Both the position numbers and the translations under genes were made by a program. A stretch of DNA of 32,000 bases from contig NZ_CP089976.1 in assembly GCF_022701215.1 (NCBI RefSeq), positions 480,001 to 512,000 on the forward strand, in the 5' to 3' direction. Below the pieces are notes generated by a model. The model made no database searches, was not told the origin of the DNA, and saw nothing but the letters and a program-made list of their open reading frames with translations. Positions 20,820 through 31,789 of this stretch are shown piece by piece. Numbering within the stretch: position 1 is the stretch's first letter; each line of letters begins with the position of its first letter. The stretch comes from Moraxella nasovis. Its GTDB lineage: Bacteria; Pseudomonadota; Gammaproteobacteria; Pseudomonadales; Moraxellaceae.

Positions 20820-21162
20820 TTATTTAACGCCATTATTTAACAAATATTAAAAAATACTACACAGATGTCAAATTTGAACTTTTTTATAACCTTTTTCAAA
20901 TTATAAAGGCAAGCTGTACTAATTTGTATTTGATGGTAAGCATAAGATTATCACGACTTTTATCCACCGATGGTTGCCAAAACACCAAGCAATGCCGATG
21001 TTTTGGGGAAAGTTTTTGGTTCGTATATGCAGCTTATCACAGTTCATATGTAGTATTTGATAAATATCACAATTCTTATGCCATCACCTTGGATAGTTAT
21101 TATATGGCGGGCTTTGGTACAAAATCACCGCCAAACTTCTAAAATGATTGCTAGATAAATCC

Positions 21163-21190
21163 AAATCCACTGATAAAAAGTGGATTTTTT
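21163..21190 (+). terminator. orphan intrinsic terminator in the thrS-infC spacer
   Basis: aaatccact-gataaaa-agtggattt forms a 9-bp stem running into TTTTTT. No annotated gene ends here. Confidence 0.45.
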
Positions 21191-21200
21191 GTAACAAGTC

Positions 21201-21229
21201 TTGTAACTCATTGTGAAATTGGGTAGAAT
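21201..21229 (+). promoter_or_regulatory. candidate infC promoter
   Basis: TTGTAA-17 nt-TAGAAT, about 33 nt upstream of the AUU start. Confidence 0.5.
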
Positions 21230-21261
21230 AAGTATCTATCTTTTTATTTGGAGTATGACTT

Positions 21262-21783
21262 ATTAAACCGTCCAATCGTCTAAACGTGAATGAAGACATT
21301 CGTGCAAAAGAAGTCCGCTTGGTTAATGCCGATGGCGAGCAAGCAGGCGTCGTTGATTTAAAAACTGCCCTAAAAACTGCACAAGACAGCGAACTTGATT
21401 TGGTAGAGATTGTACCAGACGCTAAGCCCCCTGTATGTAAAGTCATGGACTACAAGCGTTACTTGTACGATCAAAAGCAAAAAGCAAAAGAAGCCAAAAA
21501 GAACCAAAAAGTCACACAAGTTAAAGAAATCAAGCTTCGTCCAGGAACAGAAGAGGCGGATTATCAAGTTAAACTGCGTAAGATTTTGGAGTTTTTGGAA
21601 GAAAAAGCCAAAGTTAAAGTATCTATCCGTTTCCGTGGGCGTGAGATGGCTCACCAAGAAATCGGCAAAGCACAGCTTGAGCGAATTGTAAAAGACACTG
21701 AAGAGTTTGCGACACTTGAACAAGCTCCTAAAGTAGAAGGTCGCCAAATGGGTATGCTACTTGGACCTGCCAAAAAGAAATAA
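21262..21783 (+). CDS. infC: translation initiation factor IF-3 (AUU start codon)
   Basis: The track ORF starts at a GTG at 21286, but the frame is open back to 21259. ATT at 21262, with GGAG 8 nt upstream, gives (M)[19 protein letters not shown], matching E. coli ...RPNRINGEIRAQEVRL. The rest matches IF-3 ([42 protein letters not shown]). Confidence 0.9.
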   Translation: MKPSNRLNVNEDIRAKEVRLVNADGEQAGVVDLKTALKTAQDSELDLVEIVPDAKPPVCKVMDYKRYLYDQKQKAKEAKKNQKVTQVKEIKLRPGTEEADYQVKLRKILEFLEEKAKVKVSIRFRGREMAHQEIGKAQLERIVKDTEEFATLEQAPKVEGRQMGMLLGPAKKK

Positions 21784-21799
21784 GCAAATCTAATACCAA

Positions 21800-21840
21800 A
21801 CCAACCCTAATGGTTATACCTTAAGATTTCTAGGGTTGGT
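21800..21840. terminator. hairpin between convergent infC and rimI
   Basis: Perfect 10-bp arms accaacccta / tagggttggt with a 21-nt loop. The U-runs are weak on both strands. Confidence 0.35.
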
Positions 21841-21842
21841 TA

Positions 21843-22313
21843 TCATATTAATAACTGTTTTTGAAAAATAATAGCATCAATAGCACCTGATGACGTCTTA
21901 TAATAGTTTTTACGCACGTCAATCTGAACAAAACCACAGGTTTGGTATAAATAAATTGCAGGCATATTATCAGCACGCACTTCTAATAAAATCCTTTCGC
22001 ATGGCACAAAGTCTTTGGTGCATAACTGGCAAAGTTTTTTAATCAACCCCCTTGCTATGCCTTGCTTTTGATATCTTGGGTGCGTGCCAATACGTAAAAT
22101 TTCTGCCATCTCAAATACACAAGAAAATAGACAATAACCCACCAATACATCATCAGACATTTGCCATAAAGCACCCGACCCATACTGATTAAGAACATCT
22201 TGTATCGCGTATCTGTCCCAAGCATCGTCTGCTTGTAAGCATAACTCAAGGCTTGCGATATTATCCAAGATCACATCGCCAACCACACCTTTTTGATAGA
22301 ACATTTGCATCAT
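21843..22313 (-). CDS. rimI: ribosomal-protein-alanine N-acetyltransferase (GNAT)
   Basis: 156-aa ORF. RIGTHPRYQKQGIARGLI and LEVRADNMPAIYLYQTCGF...RKNYY...DAIIF parallel E. coli RimI (VDPDYQRQGLGRAL / LEVRASNAAAIALYESLGF...RRNYY...DAIIM). Confidence 0.8.
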   Translation of the reverse strand: MMQMFYQKGVVGDVILDNIASLELCLQADDAWDRYAIQDVLNQYGSGALWQMSDDVLVGYCLFSCVFEMAEILRIGTHPRYQKQGIARGLIKKLCQLCTKDFVPCERILLEVRADNMPAIYLYQTCGFVQIDVRKNYYKTSSGAIDAIIFQKQLLI

Positions 22314-22421
22314 TTTACTTATCCATTATTTTATATAAGCATTTAATAAAATCTGTTGTGATATGATACAATGATTTAAACAATTTACCTAACTTATCCG
22401 TTTTAGAAGTTAATAAAGCAT

Positions 22422-24671
22422 ATGACTACCCAACACTGGAATGATCCGAACGCCAACGTAGAGGCGTCAAAATACCAAAACCCTATCCCATCACGCCTGC
22501 TCATTTTGCAAACTGTCGCACAAATGAATAACCGTGGTGAAGCTGCAACCATAGAAAGCTTAGGCTTACATTTTGAAATCTTAGGCGACGAGGATAGATT
22601 TTTTGCCTTAAATAACCGCCTAAAAGCCATGCTAAGAGATCATCAACTTGAACGCACAGATGGCATTCATTTTAGCATCGCCCCACTGCCAACCATCGTA
22701 ACAGGCAAGGTGGCAAGCAACGCTAAAGGCTTTGGATTTGTTGTCCTAGATGATATGCCAGATTTATTCTTACACGAAAAACAGCTTAGAGTGGTGTTTG
22801 ATGGCGATACAGTAGAGGCGGTGGCAACGGAGTTTCGAGGCAAGCCTGAGGCGCGTATTGTCAATGTCATCAAGCACGCTCAGACTGAATTTGTTGGCGT
22901 GCTAAGCTCTGATGATGATGGCTATTTTGTACAGTTAAGCGGAGTAAATGCCCACCAGCCCATCACACTCACCGATGAAAACGTCTCTGAATTTGGGGCA
23001 AACTTAGGTGATAGCGTTAAAGTTGCGGTGATTGATTTTCCGACATATCAAGAGTATGCCACAGGTAAAATCACCCAACTGCTAAGCGGTCTAAATGATA
23101 GAGAACTAATCATTGAAACCACTTTACAAAATCACGGTATTCCAAATGAGTTTAGCAAGGCAGCTTTAGATCAGGCTTATCGTTATGATGAACCGAGCAA
23201 ACAAGACATTCAAAATCGCACTGACCTAAGAGATTTACCACTAATTACCATTGATGGTGAAGATGCACGTGATTTTGATGATGCTGTCTTTGCCCAAAAA
23301 CGTGCAGGGGGTAACTTTCGTGTGGTCGTTGCCATCGCTGACGTCAGTCATTATGTCACTCCAAGCTCACCACTTGATGTTGACGCTTATGAACGTGGCA
23401 CATCTGTGTATTTCCCACATCGGGTTATTCCCATGTTGCCAACGGTGCTATCAGATGGACTATGCTCATTAAATCCAAAAGTTGATAGACTGTGTATGGT
23501 CGCTGATATTAAGCTATCTCGTGCTGGTAAAGTGACAGGCTATGAGTTTTATCCTGCGGTTATGCATTCTAAAGCTCGACTCACTTATAATCAAGTAAAT
23601 GCCTATCTTGATGATCCAACCAACGAAACACTGCCTGATGATTTGGTGCAAAATCCTGATGTTTTAAAATCAGTAGATACGCTACACCAAATATACCAAT
23701 TACTAGAGCAAAAGCGTGAAGAACGTGGTGCTATGGCGTTTGAAACTGCTGAAACTTACATCGTCTTTGATGAAGATGGCGACATCAAAGACATTAAAGC
23801 ACGCACTCGTGGCGATGCCCATAAACTCATTGAAGAGATGATGCTCCTTGCTAATACTTGTGCTGCCAATTTTGCCCTAGAGCATGAACTGCCTGTGCTA
23901 TATCGCAACCACGATAAACCAAGTGAAGAAAAATCACTTCGTCTGTCTGAATATGTTAAAACTTTTGGACTGTCTTTCCCAAGTGAGAACCCAACACATG
24001 CCGATTATCAGCGTATCATTCATGCCACTAAAGACAGAGCAGACGCTGTAAGTATTCACAGTATGTTACTACGCTCTATGATGCAAGCAAATTATAGTCC
24101 TGATAACATTGGGCATTTTGGTCTTGCTTATGATGAATATAGTCATTTCACATCACCCATTCGCCGTTATCCAGATCTTATGCTACACCGTGCCATCAAA
24201 GATAAGGTGACCAAACAAAAGCCTGCTACACCACTATACAAAAATCTTGATGAAGCTGGCGAGCAGACATCAACAACCGAACGCCGTGCCGAAGAAGCCA
24301 GCCGAGAAGTGGAAACATGGCTTAAGTGCCACTACATGACTCGTCATGTAGGCGATGAATTTACCGCCACGGTCACGACTGTAACGAACTTTGGGCTATT
24401 TGTTACCTTAAACGAGCTATTTATTGATGGGTTAATTCATATCTCTGGGCTGGGTGATGATTATTTCACTTATGATGAGAAGACCCAAACGCTTGTTGGC
24501 GATAAAGGCGATGTATACGGTTTGGGTCAACAGCTGCTTGTGAAAGTTGCAGGCGTGAACATGGATCTGCTTCAGATTGACTTTGCTTTAGTTAAACAGC
24601 TGAACGAAAACGCCAAACCAAAGACCAAAAAGCCAAGAACAAACAAAAAAGCAAGATCTAAAAAAGACTAA
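22422..24671 (+). CDS. rnr: ribonuclease R
   Basis: 749-aa ORF. It has an RNB catalytic core (ITIDGEDARDFDDAV, HFGL..YSHFTSPIRRYPDL), a C-terminal S1 domain (NFGLFVTL) and a lysine-rich tail. Confidence 0.93.
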   Translation: MTTQHWNDPNANVEASKYQNPIPSRLLILQTVAQMNNRGEAATIESLGLHFEILGDEDRFFALNNRLKAMLRDHQLERTDGIHFSIAPLPTIVTGKVASNAKGFGFVVLDDMPDLFLHEKQLRVVFDGDTVEAVATEFRGKPEARIVNVIKHAQTEFVGVLSSDDDGYFVQLSGVNAHQPITLTDENVSEFGANLGDSVKVAVIDFPTYQEYATGKITQLLSGLNDRELIIETTLQNHGIPNEFSKAALDQAYRYDEPSKQDIQNRTDLRDLPLITIDGEDARDFDDAVFAQKRAGGNFRVVVAIADVSHYVTPSSPLDVDAYERGTSVYFPHRVIPMLPTVLSDGLCSLNPKVDRLCMVADIKLSRAGKVTGYEFYPAVMHSKARLTYNQVNAYLDDPTNETLPDDLVQNPDVLKSVDTLHQIYQLLEQKREERGAMAFETAETYIVFDEDGDIKDIKARTRGDAHKLIEEMMLLANTCAANFALEHELPVLYRNHDKPSEEKSLRLSEYVKTFGLSFPSENPTHADYQRIIHATKDRADAVSIHSMLLRSMMQANYSPDNIGHFGLAYDEYSHFTSPIRRYPDLMLHRAIKDKVTKQKPATPLYKNLDEAGEQTSTTERRAEEASREVETWLKCHYMTRHVGDEFTATVTTVTNFGLFVTLNELFIDGLIHISGLGDDYFTYDEKTQTLVGDKGDVYGLGQQLLVKVAGVNMDLLQIDFALVKQLNENAKPKTKKPRTNKKARSKKD

Positions 24672-24673
24672 CT

Positions 24674-24709
24674 AAAAAAACCCGCTTAATATATAAAGCG
24701 GGTTTTTAT
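24674..24709. terminator. bidirectional rho-independent terminator shared by convergent rnr and hisA
   Basis: aaacccgctt-aatatata-aagcgggttt forms a 10-bp stem flanked by an A-run and a T-run. Confidence 0.75.
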
Positions 24710-24751
24710 ATACTTAAACAAGCCAAAGATGATACTCAAAAACACATCTAA

Positions 24752-25483
24752 TCACAGATCCAAAAATGCCTGCGCCGCTGCCAAATCTAGCGTGCCTTCA
24801 TAAATGGCACGCCCTGTGATTGCTCCAAGTAGATACTCACTGTAAGGCTTTAACGCCTTAACATCATCAAGATGACTAACACCGCCTGATGCAATGACAG
24901 GTAAACCACATGACTTAGCAAGCTCAACTGTCTGCGTTAGGTTTACCCCTTGCATCATGCCATCTTTAGCGATATCAGTATAAACAATGCTTGATACGCC
25001 TGCATCAGCAAAACGTTTGGCAAGCTTAGTTGCCTTAACATCTGTCACATTCGCCCAGCCATGCGTCGCCACAAAGCCTTCTTTGGCATCAATGCCCACC
25101 ATAATATGACCGCCAAATTCACGGCAAGCTTCTTCCACAAATTTAGGCTCTTCGACTGCTTTTGTGCCAATAATAATATAGCTTAATCCTACTGACAGAT
25201 ATTCTTCAATAGTTCTTAGACTTCTTACGCCACCGCCTAACTGAATGGGTAGGTTTGGACAGGCTTTTGCAATGTCTGCCACCACAGATTTATGCACAGG
25301 CACGCCATCAAATGCCCCATTAAGATCCACTAAATGCAGACGCCTTGCCCCTTGATTAACCCACTTTACCGCCATCGCGGTCGGGTCATCGCCAAATACG
25401 GTATCATCTTCCATTCGCCCCTGCTTTAAACGAACGCATTTACCATCTTTTAGGTCGATGGCAGGGATAATCAGCATAGACAT
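24752..25483 (-). CDS. hisA: ProFAR isomerase (1-(5-phosphoribosyl)-5-[(5-phosphoribosylamino)methylideneamino]imidazole-4-carboxamide isomerase)
   Basis: The probable start is the ATG at 25483 ([19 protein letters not shown]), with AAGGAAA 5 nt upstream. Motifs include [24 protein letters not shown] and ASGGV. Confidence 0.92.
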   Translation of the reverse strand: MSMLIIPAIDLKDGKCVRLKQGRMEDDTVFGDDPTAMAVKWVNQGARRLHLVDLNGAFDGVPVHKSVVADIAKACPNLPIQLGGGVRSLRTIEEYLSVGLSYIIIGTKAVEEPKFVEEACREFGGHIMVGIDAKEGFVATHGWANVTDVKATKLAKRFADAGVSSIVYTDIAKDGMMQGVNLTQTVELAKSCGLPVIASGGVSHLDDVKALKPYSEYLLGAITGRAIYEGTLDLAAAQAFLDL

Positions 25484-25657
25484 GATTGTTTCCTTAAAAT
25501 TAAATAAAAGCACGCAAATAAATCATTTTGGCATTGTAACAAACTTTTTATAAGATTTGTTAGCCAAATTTTTAATGGTTTGCATTTTCCAATGTATCCA
25601 TTTTTGCATTTCTTTGGTTACAAATTTGCTAATCTCTAGCAACCTTATGAAAAACCC

Positions 25658-25686
25658 TACAAATTTATAGCAATTTATGGTATGAT
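25658..25686 (+). promoter_or_regulatory. candidate nqr promoter (extended -10)
   Basis: TACAAA-17 nt-TGgTATGAT. This would give a leader of about 170 nt. Confidence 0.35.
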
Positions 25687-25829
25687 AGATGAAATTTTGT
25701 GCATTTAAAATGCAACAAAAAGGGTAGCCAGTCGCCACTGTAACCACAAGCATTAACGTGTTGTTAAGGAGTCTAAGGTCAGCGTTAAAGCTCTTATGCG
25801 GTTCGCCGTTGTACCAACAGGAGTCTGGT

Positions 25830-25862
25830 ATGGTTATTTTACTAAGAGTATTTAGCTTATGA
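25830..25862 (+). promoter_or_regulatory. candidate 10-codon leader uORF ([10 protein letters not shown]) overlapping the nqrA start
   Basis: AGGAG (25819-25823) lies 6 nt upstream of the ATG at 25830. The uORF stop TGA (25860-25862) overlaps the nqrA ATG (25859-25861) as ATGA. Confidence 0.3.
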
Positions 25863-27208
25863 TTACCATCAAAAAAGGTCTTGACTTGCCAATTACTGGC
25901 GAACCGTCAAGCACCATCAGCGAACATACGCCCACGCATGCCGCCCTAATCGGCTACGATTATATTGGCATGCGTCCTACAATGCTCGTCAAAGAAGGCG
26001 ATATCGTCGCCAAAGGTCAGGCAGTTTTTACCGACAAAAAACGTGAAGGCGTGATCTACACCGCTCCTGCATCAGGTCGTGTCATTGCCATTAATCGTGG
26101 TGCACGTCGTGTTTTTGAGAGTCTAGTCATTGAGATTGACGACAGTATTATCGACGAAATCACATTTAGTGCCTATGATAGCGATAGCCTAAGCACGCTA
26201 AATCGTGAAGCGGTTGTCCACCAGTTGGTGAATTCTGGTGAGTGGACTGCATTTCGCACACGTCCTTTTAGCCGTACACCAGAAATTACAGACATACCGT
26301 CTGCAATTTTTGTGACAGCAACAGACACCAACCCTTTGGCAATCGATCCTATAGCGGTACTTGAAGACAGTGATAAGCTACAAGCCTTTAATGACGGCTT
26401 GGCAGTGCTATCTACACTGTCGCCAAAGACATACGTCTGTCATGGCAAGGTAGAATTGCCACGTGTGAAAGTTGCCAATGAAACAACATATCACCAATTC
26501 ACTGGTGTTCATCCAGCAGGCAATGCAGGCACGCATATTCACTTTTTACATCCATTAAGTCGTGGTGTTAGCGTCTGGACAATTGGTTATCAAGATGTGA
26601 TTGCTATCGGCAAGCTGTTTACCACAGGCAAGCTTTATACCGAGCGTCTTATCAGCTTGGCAGGTCCATCTGTTGCCAACCCTCGCTACATTCGCACAAC
26701 CCGTGGAGCTGACCTATCAAAGCTTACTGATGGTGAACTTATCGGTACAGATAACCGCATCATCTCAGGCTCTGTGCTTTCTGGTCGTCAATATTCGCTG
26801 ACTGTGGCTCACTTAGGACGCTTCCACACTCAAGTAAGTGTCCTAACAGAAGGTCGTGAACGCCCTGCCCTGCACTTTTTCTCATTAGGGCTAAATCGCT
26901 TCTCTAAGATGCCAATTTATCTATCAAAATTCTCAAAGAGCAAAAAGTTCACTATGACCACAAGCACGAACGGCTCACCCCGTGCGATGGTGCCTATCGG
27001 TGCTTATGAAAAAGTCATGCCTCAAGACTACTTACCTACTCAACTTCTGCGTGCACTTATTGTAGAAGACATCATTACAGCAGTTGATTTAGGTGCTTTA
27101 GAGCTTGATGAAGAAGATTTGGCATTATGCACCTTTGTTTGCCCAGGCAAATATGAGTATGGTGACATTCTGCGTGAAAACTTAACACGCATTGAGATGG
27201 AAGGATAA
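25859..27208 (+). CDS. nqrA: Na+-translocating NADH:quinone oxidoreductase subunit A
   Basis: 449-aa ORF with the N-terminus [17 protein letters not shown], typical of NqrA. It is the first gene of a six-gene nqr cluster. Confidence 0.95.
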   Translation: MITIKKGLDLPITGEPSSTISEHTPTHAALIGYDYIGMRPTMLVKEGDIVAKGQAVFTDKKREGVIYTAPASGRVIAINRGARRVFESLVIEIDDSIIDEITFSAYDSDSLSTLNREAVVHQLVNSGEWTAFRTRPFSRTPEITDIPSAIFVTATDTNPLAIDPIAVLEDSDKLQAFNDGLAVLSTLSPKTYVCHGKVELPRVKVANETTYHQFTGVHPAGNAGTHIHFLHPLSRGVSVWTIGYQDVIAIGKLFTTGKLYTERLISLAGPSVANPRYIRTTRGADLSKLTDGELIGTDNRIISGSVLSGRQYSLTVAHLGRFHTQVSVLTEGRERPALHFFSLGLNRFSKMPIYLSKFSKSKKFTMTTSTNGSPRAMVPIGAYEKVMPQDYLPTQLLRALIVEDIITAVDLGALELDEEDLALCTFVCPGKYEYGDILRENLTRIEMEG

Positions 27209-27214
27209 CCAAAG

Positions 27215-28465
27215 ATGAAATTTATTCACAATATCTTTGACCGTATGGAATCGTCCTTCACCAAAGGCGGTAAATACGAAAAATACTACGCCGTGTTTGA
27301 GATGTTTGACACATTTTTCCGTCAGCCAGGCACACAAACTCACAGTGCTTCTCATGTGCGCGATGGTATCGATCTTAAACGCATCATGATTACAGTTTGG
27401 CTATGTACTTTCCCTGTCATGTTCTGGGGTATGTATAACACTGGCTTTCAGGCATTAACTGCCATGGCTCATTATGGGCTACAAGCACAAGGGTGGCGTA
27501 CTGCCATCACATCATTGGTAGGTTATGATCCAAACAGCATTTTGGCCTGCTTTGTCTATGGTGCAATGCAGTTTTTACCCATCTATGCGGTAACCTTTGT
27601 GGTAGGTATTATTTGGGAAGTTATCTTTGCAGTCGTACGCGGGCATGAAGTTAATGAAGGATTTTTCGTAACCTCAGTACTGTTCGCTTTATCACTACCA
27701 CCTGATATTCCACTTTGGCAAGTCGCCTTAGGTATCAGCTTTGGTGTTGTTGTTGCAAAAGAAGTCTTTGGTGGCACAGGTAAAAACTTCTTAAACCCTG
27801 CTCTTGCAGGTCGTGCATTTCTTTATTTTGCATACCCTGCTTATATGTCAGGCGATACAGTCTGGACAGCGGTCAAAAGCCTAAACACAGTAGATGGTTA
27901 TAGTGGTGCAACACCACTTGGTCAGGCAGCTACTGGCATTCTACCAGATCAATTTATCGATGCGTATGGCAATGCCATCACTTGGACAGATGCTTTTTTT
28001 GGCAATATGTCAGGCTCAATCGGCGAAGTATCAACGCTTGCTATCTTAATCGGCATGGCTGGTCTTTTAATCACTAAAATCGCCTCTTGGCGTGTTATCG
28101 CAGGTGCTGTGATCGGTCTTGTACTGACTGCCTTTGTTTTTAATATCTTTGGCAGCAGTGAAAATCCGATGATGAGCCTTGCACCACATTGGCACTTGGT
28201 TTTAGGTGGCTTTATGTTTGGTGCGGTATTCATGGCGACCGACCCTGTATCAGCCGCTCAAACGAATACTGGTCGCTGGTTCTATGGACTGCTTATCGGC
28301 TTTATGACTGTGGTAATCCGTGTGATTAACCCAGCATTCCCAGAAGGCATTATGCTTGCCATCTTGTTTGCCAACTTGTTTGCACCGCTATTTGACTATT
28401 TTGTCACACAAGCCAACATCAAACGCCAAGCAACACGGAGATTAGCCCATGTCAGCGAAAAATAG
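27215..28465 (+). CDS. nqrB: Na+-NQR subunit B
   Basis: 416-aa polytopic ORF with the FMN-attachment motif YSGATPLG. Confidence 0.95.
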   Translation: MKFIHNIFDRMESSFTKGGKYEKYYAVFEMFDTFFRQPGTQTHSASHVRDGIDLKRIMITVWLCTFPVMFWGMYNTGFQALTAMAHYGLQAQGWRTAITSLVGYDPNSILACFVYGAMQFLPIYAVTFVVGIIWEVIFAVVRGHEVNEGFFVTSVLFALSLPPDIPLWQVALGISFGVVVAKEVFGGTGKNFLNPALAGRAFLYFAYPAYMSGDTVWTAVKSLNTVDGYSGATPLGQAATGILPDQFIDAYGNAITWTDAFFGNMSGSIGEVSTLAILIGMAGLLITKIASWRVIAGAVIGLVLTAFVFNIFGSSENPMMSLAPHWHLVLGGFMFGAVFMATDPVSAAQTNTGRWFYGLLIGFMTVVIRVINPAFPEGIMLAILFANLFAPLFDYFVTQANIKRQATRRLAHVSEK

Positions 28466-29246
28466 TAACGCCAGTACAATAATGACCGCCCTCGTGCTTT
28501 GTCTTGTGTGTTCGGTCATGGTGGCGGCAGTTGCCGTAGGTCTTAAGCCTAAACAAAACGAAAACGCTTTATTAGACTTAAATAAAAACGTACTCGTTGC
28601 TGCTGGTCAATTTGACCCAGCAACTGACACCAATGCTGTCGTTGTCGATCGTATCAAAGACTTCGAAATTAAGCTTATTGATATGCAGACCGGTGAGTTT
28701 ATTAGCGATGATGTCATTCAGGCACAAGGCATTAATGTTGAAACTTATGATATGGGTAAAGCTAGCAAAACACCCAGCATGAGTAGCACGCTCACAAACG
28801 ACATCGTACGCATCGGGCGTGTGCCAAAATATGGCAAAGTCTATATCCAAAGAGCTGCCGATGGCTCACCTAAGCTTATCGTCATGCCGTTTTATGGTTA
28901 TGGTCTATGGGGTACGATTTATGGACTAGTTACCTTAGAAGGTGATATGAATACCATTAAAGGCGTTAGTTTTTACCAACACAAAGAAACTCCCGGCCTA
29001 GGTGCACTCATCGAAGAAGATTGGTGGCGTGATACATGGGTAGGTAAGCGTGTCTATAACGACCAAGGTCAGATTATCACAGGTATTACAAAAGCAGGTA
29101 ATAGCCGAGAAAACTACATTGATGGTATCAGCGGAGCAACGCTTACAGGGCGTGGCGTAAATAACATGATACAATTTTGGCTAGGCGAAGATGGTTATAA
29201 GCCATTCTTGGACAACTTACGCCAAAAGTACGGTAAAGGAGCGTAA
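28449..29246 (+). CDS. nqrC: Na+-NQR subunit C
   Basis: 265-aa ORF with a single N-terminal TM helix and the FMN-attachment motif [11 protein letters not shown]. It overlaps nqrB by 17 nt. Confidence 0.95.
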   Translation: MSAKNSNASTIMTALVLCLVCSVMVAAVAVGLKPKQNENALLDLNKNVLVAAGQFDPATDTNAVVVDRIKDFEIKLIDMQTGEFISDDVIQAQGINVETYDMGKASKTPSMSSTLTNDIVRIGRVPKYGKVYIQRAADGSPKLIVMPFYGYGLWGTIYGLVTLEGDMNTIKGVSFYQHKETPGLGALIEEDWWRDTWVGKRVYNDQGQIITGITKAGNSRENYIDGISGATLTGRGVNNMIQFWLGEDGYKPFLDNLRQKYGKGA

Positions 29247-29248
29247 TT

Positions 29249-29911
29249 ATGGCTGACAAAAAAAGTCTTTTAACCACGCCGATTATTAACAACAACCCCA
29301 TCGCTTTACAGATTTTGGGTATTTGTTCGGCATTGGCGGTTACTACAAGCATCCAAAACGCCCTTGTCATGTGCATTGGCTTGACATTGGTAACTGCATT
29401 TTCAAGCTTTTTTATTTCGATTATTCGTAATAAAATTCCGTCATCGATTCGTATTATCGTACAAATGGTAATCATCGCTTCACTTGTAATTATCGTAGAT
29501 CAAATCTTACAAGCTGTTGCTTATGACACTGCCAAATCGCTTGGAGCGTTCATTGGTCTAATTATTACCAACTGTATCGTGATGGGACGTGCTGAAGCGT
29601 TCGCCATGAGCAACCCACCTGTACCAAGCTTTATTGATGGCATTGGTAATGGTCTAGGTTACTCTGCCGTACTCATCTTTGTGGCAACCATTCGTGAGCT
29701 ACTAGGAAGTGGGTCGTTATTTGGCTTTCAAATCCTAGAAAAAGTGACTGATGGCGGCTGGTATGTACCAAATGGCTTACTGCTACTACCGCCATCTGCT
29801 TTTTTTGTGATTGCTTTATTCATCGCCATTTTACGCATTTGGAAACCAGCACAACAAGAGCCTGCCGAGTTTGTCATGAAGGCACAATCTAAAGGCATGG
29901 GAGGTCACTAA
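29249..29911 (+). CDS. nqrD: Na+-NQR subunit D
   Basis: 220-aa polytopic ORF of the NqrD/RnfE type ([18 protein letters not shown]). Confidence 0.95.
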   Translation: MADKKSLLTTPIINNNPIALQILGICSALAVTTSIQNALVMCIGLTLVTAFSSFFISIIRNKIPSSIRIIVQMVIIASLVIIVDQILQAVAYDTAKSLGAFIGLIITNCIVMGRAEAFAMSNPPVPSFIDGIGNGLGYSAVLIFVATIRELLGSGSLFGFQILEKVTDGGWYVPNGLLLLPPSAFFVIALFIAILRIWKPAQQEPAEFVMKAQSKGMGGH

Positions 29912-30519
29912 TGGGCGATTATATCAGTTTATTTATCACATCCGTATTCATTGAAAATATGGCGTTGTCCTACTTTTTGGGGATGTGTACATTCATTGCT
30001 GTCTCTAAAAAAGTGCCTACCGCTATCGGTCTTGGCGTGGCAGTTATTGCTGTAATGGCTATCGTTGTGCCATTAAACAATATACTGTACCAATTTTTAT
30101 TAAAAGACGGTGCACTTGCTTGGGCGGGCTTTCCTGATGTGGACTTAAGCTTCTTAGGTCTGCTGTCTTATATCGCACTGATTGCAGCAACTGTGCAAAT
30201 CTTGGAAATGTTCCTTGATAAATTTATGCCTGCACTGTATAACGCTTTAGGGGTATTCTTACCTCTTATCACAGTAAACTGTGCCATCATGGGTGGCGTA
30301 CTGTTCATGGTAGAGCGAGATTACACCATCGCTGAATCTGCCGTTTATGGTCTAAGCTCAGGTCTTGGCTGGGCGGTAGCGATTGTACTACTGGCAGCGA
30401 TTCGTGAGAAGCTGAAATACTCGGACGTGCCTGCTCCTTTACGTGGACTTGGCATTACCTTTATTACTGTAGGACTGATGTCGCTTGGCTTTATGTCATT
30501 CGGCGGCATGTCGCTATAA
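29911..30519 (+). CDS. nqrE: Na+-NQR subunit E
   Basis: 202-aa polytopic ORF of the NqrE/RnfA type ([14 protein letters not shown]). Its ATG overlaps the nqrD stop (TAATG). Confidence 0.95.
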   Translation: MGDYISLFITSVFIENMALSYFLGMCTFIAVSKKVPTAIGLGVAVIAVMAIVVPLNNILYQFLLKDGALAWAGFPDVDLSFLGLLSYIALIAATVQILEMFLDKFMPALYNALGVFLPLITVNCAIMGGVLFMVERDYTIAESAVYGLSSGLGWAVAIVLLAAIREKLKYSDVPAPLRGLGITFITVGLMSLGFMSFGGMSL

Positions 30520-30539
30520 CTGATTAGGAGTAAAGTATC

Positions 30540-31775
30540 ATGGAATTTGGTACAGCATTTGGCGGTGTTGCCATGTTTACTGCCATTATCATGAGCTTGG
30601 TTGCTGTCATTTTGGTAGCACGCTCACGATTAGTTAGTTCAGGCAAAGTAACAATCAACATCAACGACAATCCAGAAAACAACATCACCACTTCAGCTGG
30701 TGGAAAACTACTACAAACACTTGCCAGCGAAGGCGTATTTTTATCTTCAGCTTGCGGTGGTGGTGGCACTTGTGGGCAATGTCGCTGTCAAGTGACCGAA
30801 GGCGGTGGTTCAATCCTACCGACAGAAGAAGGACACTTTACCCAAGGTGAAATTCGTGATAACTGGCGTTTGGCGTGCCAAGTAGCCGTTAAGCAAGACA
30901 TGAAAGTTGAGATTGACCCTGAATTCTTTGATGTTAAAAAATGGGAATGCGAAGTTATCTCTAATGATAACGTTGCTACTTTCATTAAAGAACTGACCCT
31001 TAAAATTCCTGAAGGCGAAGTTGTGCCATTTCGTGCTGGTGGCTATGTACAGCTAGAAGCACCAGCACATGAAGTGCATTATAAAGACTTTGATATTGCA
31101 GAAGAATACCGTCCAGACTGGGATCAATTTAATCTATGGCAGTACACTTCTAAAGTAGATGAGCCTGTGATTCGTGCTTACTCAATGGCAAACTATCCAG
31201 AAGAAAAAGGCATCATCAAGTTTAACATTCGTATCGCAAGTCCACCGCCACGTGGGCCTGAAGGCATTCCACCAGGTAAAATGTCATCTTATGTGTTTAG
31301 TCTAAAACCAGGTGATAAAATCACCGTGTCAGGCCCTTATGGCGAGTTTTTTGCCAAAGACACTAAAGCTGAGATGGTATTTATCGGTGGTGGTGCAGGT
31401 ATGGCTCCTATGCGTTCGCACATCTTCGATCAGCTAAAACGTCTAAATTCTGACCGCAAAATCAGCTTTTGGTATGGTGCTAGATCTAAGCGTGAGATGT
31501 TCTATGTAGAAGATTACGATGGGCTTGCTGAAGAGTTTGACAACTTTGAGTGGCATGTTGCTTTATCTGACCCACAGCCAGAAGACAACTGGGAAGGTTA
31601 TACAGGCTTTATTCATAACGTGCTTTATGATAATTACCTAAAAGATCACCCTGCTCCTGAAGATTGTGAATTCTACATGTGTGGGCCACCAGTGATGAAC
31701 GCCGCTGTCATTAAGATGCTCAAAGACTTGGGCGTAGAAGATGAAAACATCTTGCTTGACGACTTTGGCGGTTAA
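30540..31775 (+). CDS. nqrF: Na+-NQR subunit F
   Basis: 411-aa ORF with an N-terminal TM helix, a 2Fe-2S ferredoxin motif ([12 protein letters not shown]), an FAD motif (RAYSMANYP) and an NADH motif ([12 protein letters not shown]). Confidence 0.96.
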   Translation: MEFGTAFGGVAMFTAIIMSLVAVILVARSRLVSSGKVTININDNPENNITTSAGGKLLQTLASEGVFLSSACGGGGTCGQCRCQVTEGGGSILPTEEGHFTQGEIRDNWRLACQVAVKQDMKVEIDPEFFDVKKWECEVISNDNVATFIKELTLKIPEGEVVPFRAGGYVQLEAPAHEVHYKDFDIAEEYRPDWDQFNLWQYTSKVDEPVIRAYSMANYPEEKGIIKFNIRIASPPPRGPEGIPPGKMSSYVFSLKPGDKITVSGPYGEFFAKDTKAEMVFIGGGAGMAPMRSHIFDQLKRLNSDRKISFWYGARSKREMFYVEDYDGLAEEFDNFEWHVALSDPQPEDNWEGYTGFIHNVLYDNYLKDHPAPEDCEFYMCGPPVMNAAVIKMLKDLGVEDENILLDDFGG

Positions 31776-31789
31776 TCCCAAGCTTAAGA

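Noticed and set aside
21122-21135. AATCACCGCCAAAC resembles a phage lambda operator half-site (TATCACCGCCAG)
   Set aside because: It is a single half-site with no dyad partner, no repressor or prophage genes are nearby, and a 10-nt match is plausible by chance.
20924-21142. 72-aa plus-strand ORF in the thrS-infC spacer
   Set aside because: It has a TTG start and no SD. The Tyr/Ser/His-rich sequence arises from the TATCAC direct repeats. The orphan terminator just downstream is noted as a finding, but I cannot support a coding call.
25523-25753. 76-aa minus-strand ORF between hisA and nqrA
   Set aside because: It has no SD and an odd composition, and it overlaps the predicted nqr promoter and leader. 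I see no recognisable motif.
25796-25855. 19-codon ORF (MRFAVVPTGVWYGYFTKSI) in the nqrA leader
   Set aside because: The nearest SD-like AGGAG is 24 nt upstream, which is too far. The 10-codon uORF at 25830 has far better initiation signals.
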